64,000 nucleotides of DNA from Candidatus Hadarchaeota archaeon. GTDB taxonomy: Archaea > CAYQAE01 > CAYVLA01. Below, one piece after another: positions 29,034 through 37,321 of the stretch. The notes under the pieces are model-generated. The model was not told the DNA's origin, searched no databases, and saw nothing but the letters and a program-made list of their open reading frames with translations. The translations under genes and the position numbers were made by a program. Where the stretch lies: assembly GCA_964621445.1 (NCBI GenBank), contig CAZUNO010000003.1:128001-192000 (forward strand), written 5' to 3'. Position 1 is the stretch's first letter, and every line of letters starts with the position of its first letter.

Positions 29034-29133
29034 GGGTCGCCTGAGCGGTAACTCAACCCCCTAAACCCCGAAAAGAAAGAACCCCCTATTTCCCCGAATT
29101 GTGTGTTTCTTTTCTCGCTGAGGCGGCCCCTTT
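29034..29133 (+). ncRNA. Candidate structured small RNA with two C-rich single-stranded motifs
   Basis: 29034-29048 pairs with 29115-29129 (one G.G mismatch); 29070-29078 pairs with 29106-29114; own TATA box. Confidence 0.55.
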
Positions 29134-29181
29134 GGGTAAAGACCAATAAGCCTCTAGTATACACCATATTATCGTGGTCGA

Positions 29182-31602
29182 GTGAGGGGTCCGGAAGTCG
29201 GCATATCCAGCCTTGGCGGGGAGTGCATTTCAGTCGCGCTTCTATCCCTGGCCTCGCTTACCCTGGAGATCAGCCTTACCAGGGTTTTATCATTGGTTGC
29301 CTGGTATCATTTCGCGTTTATGGTGGTTAGCATAGCCCTTTTTGGTTATGGGGCTGCTGGAGCTGTTCTTTCCGTGTTCCCTGGGCTCAGGAAGGATGGG
29401 CGGGTCCTCATTGTCTCATCCTGGATATGTTCCATCGCCGTAGTTCTCTGCCTGGTATTCCCGGTGGTATTTCATTTCGACCCCATGCTGGCAGACACCG
29501 AGCCATTCCACCTGGTAATGATAGTTTTACAGTATCTTAGCCTTGGTATTCCCTTCTTTCTCAGCGGAATATGCCTGGCTTCCGTGATATCCAGGCATTC
29601 GGAGAGGTCCAGTATAGTCTACTTCTCAGATCTAACCGGAGCCGGGTTGGGGTGCATAGCCGCTTTGCTGCTGCTTCCACTGGGGGGACCAAAAATCCCC
29701 GTCTTCTTCGCCGCGGTGGCGGCGGCCCTTGCATCCGCCATCTTTTCATATGTCCACGGTGGAAGACGTCTTATTTTCCTGGGATTGGCTACTGGATTGG
29801 CATTGCTATTGGTGGGGGGAGTGGTAGAATACGATCCGGAGATCTCCGAGTACAAGGCCATGAGCGCGGTTTTGCGGCAGCCCGGCGCTGAAAGGGAGTG
29901 GAGTTCATGGAATGAGGTGTCGCGGGTTGACGTGCTGAATAGCAGCATGATAAGGTATGCCCCCGGCATGCCCTTCGAGAAGTACTATCCGATTCCCGAA
30001 CAGCTTGGCCTTACCGTGGATGGGGACAACCTGGAACCGATAACCAGGTTTAGCGGTAATCTTTCCGATCTATCGTTCATGAGGACTTTGCCCTCCTCGG
30101 TTCCTTACCAGATGTCCTCCAGATCCAGAGTCCTGGTAATCCGGTCCGGTGCCGGTTTCGATGTGCTCAAGGCCCTGGTGAATGGGGCCGAAAGAGTTTC
30201 CGGGACCGAGAGGAATCCTGGAATTGTCGAGGTGGTTGGTAAGGAGTTCGAGCGGTTCTCGGGGGATATATACTCCCGTGAGGATGTTGACCTGGCGCGG
30301 AGGGGTGTAAGGTCATATCTAGGCGAGGTTGAGGGCAATTTTGACCTGATGGAGATATCGCTTAAACAGGACCCCGTAACCTCGGCTGTGGGGATGTACA
30401 GCCTCTCCGAGAACTACCTTTTCACCACCGAATCCTTTGGTGAGATGTTTGAGCATCTATCCCCGGAGGGAGTCCTGACCGTTACCAGGTGGCTATCCCC
30501 TCCACCAAGACAGGGGGCCAGGGTGGTGAGCCTAATGGTCGATTGCCTGGAGAGGGAGGGAGTGGATAGAGTTGGAGAGCATATCGCTTGTTTCCGTACA
30601 TATCTAACGATTACTGCGATGATTAAGAAGACGCCTTTCACCGTTGCTGAGATTGATGATCTCAGGAGGATTTGTGAGGAGAGATCGTTTGACCTCGTGT
30701 ATGTGCCAAATATCACCAGATCGGATGTCAATCGTTTCAACCTGTTTGATCGGCCATACTACTTCAACGCGATAAGCAAGATCGTGAACGACACTGAAAG
30801 GGAGAGCTTTCTGTCGGATTATATCTTCGATCTTTCCCCTCCCACGGATGATAGTCCCTTCTTCTTCGATTTTCTAAAGCTGGGTAGACTGGGTGATATC
30901 GCCGGGGCTCTGGGCCCGGCCTGGAATCCCTTCCTGGAGGGAGGCCTCCTGATCCTGGCGGTTTCGGCGCAGTCATTGGTTGCCTCCTTCCTGTTCATAA
31001 TGGGTCCTATTTGGCTATCATCCAAGTTGGGACATGAATTGGAGATGGAGTGGAGGTGGATATCCTACTTCCTCTGTCTGGGCGGGGGCTATATGCTGGT
31101 GGAGGTGTCCTTCTTGCAGAGATTGATACTGTTCCTGGGACAGCCATCACACGCCATGGGGGTGACTCTGTTCTGCATGTTGGTCTTTTCCGGCCTGGGT
31201 AGTCTCTGGAGCGGACGTTTTAGGCCGAGTTCCAGGCTCGTAGGGCTCTGTGTTCTAGGTATCGTGTTTATGGTCCTTGCTCACGTTTTCCTTTTCAGTT
31301 TTCTAATAGGGAATTTCATGGGGCTGGGAATATGGATGAAATCTCTGGTGGCCGTGTCAATACTAGCCCCGGTAGCCTTCCTAATGGGAATTCCCTTTCC
31401 CACGGGATTGAGGGTTCTGGGAAAGAATTCCCCGGATTCAGTTCCCCTGGCCTACGGTTCGAATTCATGTGCCTCGGTTGTGGCCTCGGCTGGTGCCATG
31501 GTTCTGGCCGGGTGGGGTGGGTTTTCCGGTGTTTTGCTGTTGGCTATTGTACTCTATTTGATAGGTTTCCTTTCCCTAAAAGGTGTTGGGAAAAGCGGAT
31601 AA
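29182..31602 (+). CDS. Polytopic membrane protein with central spermidine-synthase-like SAM-binding domain
   Basis: YHFAFMVVSIALFG, YFSDLTGAGLG, VLVIRSGAGFD, SLSENYLFTTE and PTDDSPFFF; TM clusters at both ends. Confidence 0.8.
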   Translation: MRGPEVGISSLGGECISVALLSLASLTLEISLTRVLSLVAWYHFAFMVVSIALFGYGAAGAVLSVFPGLRKDGRVLIVSSWICSIAVVLCLVFPVVFHFDPMLADTEPFHLVMIVLQYLSLGIPFFLSGICLASVISRHSERSSIVYFSDLTGAGLGCIAALLLLPLGGPKIPVFFAAVAAALASAIFSYVHGGRRLIFLGLATGLALLLVGGVVEYDPEISEYKAMSAVLRQPGAEREWSSWNEVSRVDVLNSSMIRYAPGMPFEKYYPIPEQLGLTVDGDNLEPITRFSGNLSDLSFMRTLPSSVPYQMSSRSRVLVIRSGAGFDVLKALVNGAERVSGTERNPGIVEVVGKEFERFSGDIYSREDVDLARRGVRSYLGEVEGNFDLMEISLKQDPVTSAVGMYSLSENYLFTTESFGEMFEHLSPEGVLTVTRWLSPPPRQGARVVSLMVDCLEREGVDRVGEHIACFRTYLTITAMIKKTPFTVAEIDDLRRICEERSFDLVYVPNITRSDVNRFNLFDRPYYFNAISKIVNDTERESFLSDYIFDLSPPTDDSPFFFDFLKLGRLGDIAGALGPAWNPFLEGGLLILAVSAQSLVASFLFIMGPIWLSSKLGHELEMEWRWISYFLCLGGGYMLVEVSFLQRLILFLGQPSHAMGVTLFCMLVFSGLGSLWSGRFRPSSRLVGLCVLGIVFMVLAHVFLFSFLIGNFMGLGIWMKSLVAVSILAPVAFLMGIPFPTGLRVLGKNSPDSVPLAYGSNSCASVVASAGAMVLAGWGGFSGVLLLAIVLYLIGFLSLKGVGKSG

Positions 31603-31603
31603 C

Positions 31604-32392
31604 TCACGACTCCTTTATGTGACCGGTCATGGGCACGAAACGAACGTCAATAAGGTGGTGGACCGTCCTCTGGCCATCCTTCCTGGTGACAAGATCCAGA
31701 GTCTGGATGCCATGGGAAGGGCCCACCGGCATTATGAGCCTTCCGCCATCCTTCAGCTGTTGGAAAAGGGGTGCCGGTATGTGGCTTCCGGCACAGGTAA
31801 CGATTATGGCATCGAAGGGGGCGTACTCCTCCCAACCAAAATAACCATCACCGTTCCTAACCTCGACGTTGTCGTAGCCCAGGCGATCCAGGGTCTTTGA
31901 TGCTCTTTCTGCCAGCTCGGGCACTATCTCTATGCTGTAGACCTGTTCGCATATCTCGGCCAGAACAGCCGCCTGATATCCCGAGCCGGTGCCTATCTCA
32001 AGAACTTTGCACTGGTTGGGCCTCAGCTCCAGGGCCTGGGTCATGAAGGCGACTATGTAGGGCTGGGATATGGTTTGTCCATAGCCGATAGGCAATGGGG
32101 AGTCCCGATAGGCCTGGGGCTTCCTGCCGTCGGGAACGAATTCGTGCCTGGGCACGGATTTCATGGCCTGGAGAACGTCCTGGTCCCGGATATTCCTGGT
32201 TTCTAGCTGGGTTTCAACCATTTTTAGCCTCTCATCTGCCCGGTTATCCGAATCCTGGGGCTGGGAGTAGGACGTGTTATTAGTCGGTTCCTCCCGCGGC
32301 CGGGGGGACCAGGCAAGGAATATACCTATGGCTAATATGGTAACAATGACCAGCGCAATCGCAAGTTTCCCGTTCCAGGAAAGCCTTTTCAC
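31604..32392 (-). CDS. pcm: Protein-L-isoaspartate O-methyltransferase with N-terminal membrane anchor
   Basis: VPRHEFV, GYGQTISQP, VLEIGTGSGYQAA, APFDAI, QLKDGGRL and VRFVPM; N-terminal hydrophobic helix. Confidence 0.93.
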   Translation of the reverse strand: MKRLSWNGKLAIALVIVTILAIGIFLAWSPRPREEPTNNTSYSQPQDSDNRADERLKMVETQLETRNIRDQDVLQAMKSVPRHEFVPDGRKPQAYRDSPLPIGYGQTISQPYIVAFMTQALELRPNQCKVLEIGTGSGYQAAVLAEICEQVYSIEIVPELAERASKTLDRLGYDNVEVRNGDGYFGWEEYAPFDAIIVTCAGSHIPAPLFQQLKDGGRLIMPVGPSHGIQTLDLVTRKDGQRTVHHLIDVRFVPMTGHIKES

Positions 32393-32496
32393 GATAATAA
32401 TTGAAATCAGGGCCTGAAATGATTTTTGGAGCCGAAGGTATTTTTCGAATGATGGCGATAAGATTTAAATCCATTTTTCGGGAGGATGAAGGTACT

Positions 32497-32596
32497 GGGC
32501 CCGTGGTCTAGCTGGTTATGACATCGCCTTGACGTACTCCTTTTCAGGCGTTCAAAAAGGCGAAGTTCTTGGGTTCAAATCCCAACGGGCCCACCA
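32497..32596 (+). tRNA. tRNA-Val(GAC) with canonical 37/38 intron (32535-32557) and encoded CCA
   Basis: GGGCCCG/CGGGCCC acceptor, TCGCC/GGCGA anticodon stem, BHB TTGA/TCAA, TTCAAAT T-loop; TTTAAAT promoter at ~32464. Confidence 0.93.
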
Positions 32597-32955
32597 TTTA
32601 TTGGTGATTTCTAAGTTAGGGGTTTATCTGTGCGAGATTAGATTATGGAACCAGGGCAATTTCCACTTATTTGAAGCCTTCCCGTAATTTAGGCGGTCCG
32701 AAGTAAAATAAAGGGGGGGGCGTTCATGGAGATCTCTCAGTGCTGTTCTGACTTCATTCTTTTTCAGTATCTCTCTCGATATGCTCTAGGTAGTATTCCC
32801 ACAGAACCATGCGGGTCTAGGCCATGTTTCTTAGGCACTGCCCTTGCTTCTAGATCCTTAGTTAAAATCAAATGAATTCCGAGTTCAAGTGAAAGAGAGA
32901 TTGGCCTCTTCTATTTGTAACCCATACCGGGCAACTAAGATAACCGCTGATTCCC

Positions 32956-34224
32956 TTAATCTCGGGAAATTTCCTCTTCTAGACGGGTTGTACTGACTTC
33001 CTTGTAAAGCCTGCGTCGGACCATCACCGACCAGACGATGAATCCGCAACCCATGGCGGTGCCGGTCACCGCTAGCCATTCAATCACGTATACCCACATT
33101 AATGCCCGGTTCTTGAGCTCGACGGCGTCCTGTTCCACGTTCTTGATCATATTATCGGCTTCTCGGTAGGCGTCAAGGGTCCTTTCGATCTCCAGGTCCA
33201 GGTAGTATGGTGTGGCCTGGGCTATTACCGTGTTGATTTGGTCTATCTTCCGCTCAATTTTATCCGTGTTGGCCCCGAAGGAGTCACAGAATTCAAGTAG
33301 GCCCAGCAGCAGGCTTTTTCGGGTAGCTACATCCTGCATCTGGGACCTGAGGGTGTGAACCAGGTCTATATCCTGCGGCACATCTCGGTGATCCAGGTAT
33401 ATCATCAGGTTGCTCCCGAAGTCAATATAGTAGGTCCAGAAGGGCTTTTTTCTACAGAAGAAATAGATCTCACCGGTATAGGCGAATACCCTGGCCTGAT
33501 TCTCCACCTCCCAGGTGACCATGGCCGGGTGATCCTTGAATTTGACGCTCTCGGCATGGGCAAGTTTCCGGGCTCCGGGCTTGAGCTTGACCAGGTTGTG
33601 GTGGAAATCGTTCATGAAGTAGGCTCTTTCTCTCTTCCAGGGCAGGCTGCTGATGAACTCGTGTTCCCTGTCATCTATGCGCAGCAGTATTCCATTTTGG
33701 GGGTATTGGACCCAGGTATCGATGACGTCCCTGGTAGGTAGCAGCTCCCCTATTTCGGTCTCTCCCCAGGCTGGCCTGCCGAAGGCTCCACCAAAGGTCT
33801 CCCAGCCGCCGAACATGACCAGCCCCATGCCGCTATCCCTCACCCCTCTGGCCAGCATCCTGATGTAGGGCTCTACCGCGAACCGGTTGGCGTTGGAGAT
33901 TACTATAACATCGAACCTCGATGCCAGATCCTTGTATGTCCTGGGCATGTATAGCCTGACAAACCTGTATATCTCCGCGCCCTGACCGGCCTGGATGGGC
34001 CCTATCGCGCCCCAATCGCGCATAGTTGCCTGCACAAAGGAGATCGAGAACAGAGGGTCTGATCTCATCTCCCAGAAGGGACGCGAGCGAGCCGTACAGC
34101 CCACGTAGAGAACCCCGATCCGTCCATCCTCTCTGCCCGTTACGGAAGGCGGGATGAAAAGAGCCATACATGCAAGAAGGACGAATAATGCTCGGCGGGG
34201 CAAGTATTCAGCCAAACACTCCAT
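32956..34224 (-). CDS. Secreted, C-terminally anchored GATase1-like (DUF1355-like) protein, paralog 1
   Basis: Signal peptide, GLVMFGGWETFGG and WGETEIGELLP, helical stalk, TM plus RRRLYK. Confidence 0.7.
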   Translation of the reverse strand: MECLAEYLPRRALFVLLACMALFIPPSVTGREDGRIGVLYVGCTARSRPFWEMRSDPLFSISFVQATMRDWGAIGPIQAGQGAEIYRFVRLYMPRTYKDLASRFDVIVISNANRFAVEPYIRMLARGVRDSGMGLVMFGGWETFGGAFGRPAWGETEIGELLPTRDVIDTWVQYPQNGILLRIDDREHEFISSLPWKRERAYFMNDFHHNLVKLKPGARKLAHAESVKFKDHPAMVTWEVENQARVFAYTGEIYFFCRKKPFWTYYIDFGSNLMIYLDHRDVPQDIDLVHTLRSQMQDVATRKSLLLGLLEFCDSFGANTDKIERKIDQINTVIAQATPYYLDLEIERTLDAYREADNMIKNVEQDAVELKNRALMWVYVIEWLAVTGTAMGCGFIVWSVMVRRRLYKEVSTTRLEEEISRD

Positions 34225-34307
34225 CTCTGGTATTTAGATATCCCTGCTTACCGATAAAGTTTTGTCCCTTACTCAGGGGGCGTAGGTTGATGGTCTCCTG
34301 ATGAAAA

Positions 34308-35018
34308 TCAAATATGACGGACAAGTCCTTGTATCTCCCATACAGTGTGCATTATTTCTCTAAATGACACAGTTGACTTTCCCCTCCTCCTAGGGGAGTG
34401 GGAGACCGGTAGCTGGGTTATGCTGAATCCCTTCTTGATGGTTCGGGCCACGAGTTCCAGGTCAAATGCGAACCTATTGCTTGTAATTTCCACTTCTTCG
34501 GGAATCTTGCGGTCGAAGATCTTCATGGAACAGTCTATGTCCTTTAGACCCTCCAGGGCGAATAGTATTCGGCATACCGTATTGTAGCCTTTCGATATAC
34601 ACCGGCGGTGAAATGGTTCATCATGGCGCTGTCTGTAGCCGACCACCATATCAAATTCTGGAAGCGGCTCCAGCATCCTTTGAAATTCCCCGATATCGAA
34701 CTGCAGGTCGGCGTCAGTATATGCTATGTACTTAAAACGGGACGAGGAGATGCCGGTCATTATGGCCGCTCCATATCCCTCGTTCCTGTCATGAATGGAA
34801 ATCCTGACCTGAGGGAAATCCCTTGACGCCTCCCTCATCCTTTTTCCAGTACCATCGGTACTCCCGTCGTCAACCAGGATGATTTCGTATTGGGAAAGGC
34901 CAATGCTGGAAAGGGAGCGGTCGGCACTCCTCGCCGTGTCGTAGATCAGCTGCTGTTCATTAAATGCGGGGATAACAAATGATAGCTTCACTCTGGATGC
35001 ATCCAATGAAATCCCCAT
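34308..35018 (-). CDS. GT2 polyprenol-phosphate glycosyltransferase (Dpm1/GtrB-like)
   Basis: VIPAFNE, VDDGSTDGT, NEGYGAA, DADLQ and DIDCSMK. Confidence 0.9.
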   Translation of the reverse strand: MGISLDASRVKLSFVIPAFNEQQLIYDTARSADRSLSSIGLSQYEIILVDDGSTDGTGKRMREASRDFPQVRISIHDRNEGYGAAIMTGISSSRFKYIAYTDADLQFDIGEFQRMLEPLPEFDMVVGYRQRHDEPFHRRCISKGYNTVCRILFALEGLKDIDCSMKIFDRKIPEEVEITSNRFAFDLELVARTIKKGFSITQLPVSHSPRRRGKSTVSFREIMHTVWEIQGLVRHI

Positions 35019-35130
35019 TGGTTTTCCCTGGGATTTGTACTGGGTCTGAAATATGTTAATGAGGCAGCCGTCCTTGGTGGCAAGGCTTAATATGTGATAC
35101 AGGATGCTGATTATTGATAGGCGGGATTGA

Positions 35131-35496
35131 ATGGTCTGGCTTTATATCTCGATGCCTGTCTTTCTGAACGGTCTTGGTCAGTTGATGCTCAAGAAGGGAG
35201 TGGATACCATGCTTTATGGGGAGATCGGATTCCCATCCCTAGAGAAGCTGATTCCGGATATATTGAGCAGCCCTCTGGTTCTGGCCGGCCTGGCCTGTTC
35301 CGGTATCAGCATGTTGGTCTGGCTGAAGATTCTATCCATCTCCGAGGTGAGCTATGCCTATCCCATAACCGTTAGCCTGACCTACGCTCTGGTGGTGGCT
35401 GGTTCGGGCCTGGTTCTCGGTGAGGATGTGTCCATGATGAGGATGCTAGGGATAGTGGTAATCGTCACCGGAGTGTTCATCGCGGGGATGACCTAG
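35131..35496 (+). CDS. SMR/EamA-type small membrane protein (ArnE/ArnF-like flippase)
   Basis: GQLMLKKG, WL..LS..EVSYAYP and LGE. Confidence 0.8.
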   Translation: MVWLYISMPVFLNGLGQLMLKKGVDTMLYGEIGFPSLEKLIPDILSSPLVLAGLACSGISMLVWLKILSISEVSYAYPITVSLTYALVVAGSGLVLGEDVSMMRMLGIVVIVTGVFIAGMT

Positions 35497-35500
35497 GGCT

Positions 35501-37279
35501 TTGGGAAGGGGATCTGAATTGCGGTTTTCTGGACTTCAGGACAGCCTTTTAATCCTCCTGATAGTTACCGGAATTCTCCTTGCCTTTTCTTTGCAGGGCC
35601 TGGACCTGACGGATCTTGGCTGGCATCTGACAAACCAGATGTGCACGGTCAAATACTCGCCCAATTTTGACTCCTTTGATTGGACTTTCCTGCTCTCAAA
35701 CTACGCAGGGGGGATATGGCTTTCCTTGATTGGAGGGCCGTCTGTGTTATGGGCCAGGATTGGAGGCGCTCTTCTTGTCGGGGTCAATTCGGTTATCGTA
35801 TATTCCATCCTCTCCAGGCATTTCGGGCGTATGGAGGTGCTTTTGACGGTACCGGTGACTGCTCTGTTCATTGCTGCTTGCTCCAGCCAGATATTGATAC
35901 ACTACTTCTCCTTCCCGGCCTTCCTGCTCTGCGTTGAGTTTTGGCTTTTGGACCGGGCCATGGATGAGAGGTCAGGAACCAATAAGTTGCTAATCGGCAT
36001 GGGAATGGGCGGGTTGCTAATTCCCATAATTCTTAGTTACCTTCCCATGGGCTTGCTGCTGGTATTTCCTCTCATCGCGATCACCTACATCCGGCTCACG
36101 GATGCCTACCTTGAGCTTAGAAGGGTTTTTGTGGGAGCTTTGTTGGGGTTATCGATATCCCTGGTTTTAACCCTGGTGGTATTTCTCTCTGCAGGAATCC
36201 TAGAGGGCTTCTGGGATGCCGGTATCTCGTTGATTTCCGGTGGTAGAGCGGTCGCCGACCATGAGGCGGCTGACCTGATCCGGCTCTATGCCGCTGACCT
36301 CAGGAGGGTAATCTTGCGGACCTTTCTTTTAGGCTCCTTTCTCCTTGTTGTGTACAGGGCCAGGAAGCACGGTGGAAAAGCGCTTCAAGTAGCGGTAGGA
36401 ATAGCCTTGGCCGGGTTTATTGGCGGCGTATTGTGGGCGTGGACCGAGGGATTAATCGCCATTGATCCCGGAAAGGAGCTAAGCAGAGTGGCCATGGGCT
36501 GGATATTCGTCGCCACCTGGATCGTGCTTTTCAGGGGGGATGGGCGGAAACCTAGACTGGATATTCTGGTTCTGGCCGGGGTCCTGGCAATGATTGTGAC
36601 CCCAGTGGGCTCAAATGGCGGCCTGGTCAAGGCGGTCTACGGAATGTGGTTGATTCTACCCCTATCCCTGCTTAGAGTCAAGGATCTTCCCCCGCCCTCG
36701 TGTCCAGGACCCCTTCGATGGCTGCAAAAAAATTTCAAGCCCATCGTTATTGTTTTACTTGCTCTTTCTCTGCTGACGCTCTGGTTCACCGTTTATCGGG
36801 ACCACTGGAACCGGTTGGATCTGACCACTGGTTTTTCGGAACCTTCCCTTGCGGGGATATATTCAACCCCGGAGAGAGTGGAGGCAGTGGAAGGGGTTTT
36901 GTCCTTCCTGGATAAAGAGACCCAGAAGGGGGACAGAACGCTTTTCGTAAACGTGGTCCCCCTGATATATTACCTAACGGAAACCAGGCCGGCACTAAAT
37001 AACTCCTGGCTCTTTCTGGAAGAGCTGGAGAGGATAAAGACCAGACAGAGAAAGGTTAACAAGCTACCTACCATATTTGGTTACACCTCGAGTTTCCCGG
37101 ACGATGAATGGCCCGACGAGAAGAAGGAGGGGGATTCAGGTAATATTTCGGAAAAGATAGAGTTCCTGGAGATTGTATATGTCAATGAACTGGGATACGA
37201 GCTAGCCTTCGAGTCCGACTCGTTCGTGATGTACTCCCGCCCCGGAGAAGATGCCAATGTTAACCATCGAGAAACTTAA
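35501..37279 (+). CDS. Polytopic membrane protein, probable GT-C fold glycosyltransferase
   Basis: GLDLTDLG acidic motif after TM1, many TM helices, soluble C-terminal domain; next to GT2 and flippase. Confidence 0.55.
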   Translation: MGRGSELRFSGLQDSLLILLIVTGILLAFSLQGLDLTDLGWHLTNQMCTVKYSPNFDSFDWTFLLSNYAGGIWLSLIGGPSVLWARIGGALLVGVNSVIVYSILSRHFGRMEVLLTVPVTALFIAACSSQILIHYFSFPAFLLCVEFWLLDRAMDERSGTNKLLIGMGMGGLLIPIILSYLPMGLLLVFPLIAITYIRLTDAYLELRRVFVGALLGLSISLVLTLVVFLSAGILEGFWDAGISLISGGRAVADHEAADLIRLYAADLRRVILRTFLLGSFLLVVYRARKHGGKALQVAVGIALAGFIGGVLWAWTEGLIAIDPGKELSRVAMGWIFVATWIVLFRGDGRKPRLDILVLAGVLAMIVTPVGSNGGLVKAVYGMWLILPLSLLRVKDLPPPSCPGPLRWLQKNFKPIVIVLLALSLLTLWFTVYRDHWNRLDLTTGFSEPSLAGIYSTPERVEAVEGVLSFLDKETQKGDRTLFVNVVPLIYYLTETRPALNNSWLFLEELERIKTRQRKVNKLPTIFGYTSSFPDDEWPDEKKEGDSGNISEKIEFLEIVYVNELGYELAFESDSFVMYSRPGEDANVNHRET

Positions 37280-37321
37280 GAACTACTCTATTCCAACCCA
37301 AACAAGGTTAGGGTTGATCCT

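Noticed and set aside
32697-32720. ORB-like string TCCGAAGTAAAATAAAGGGGGGGG
   Set aside because: Single degenerate copy with no initiator gene or partner repeat nearby
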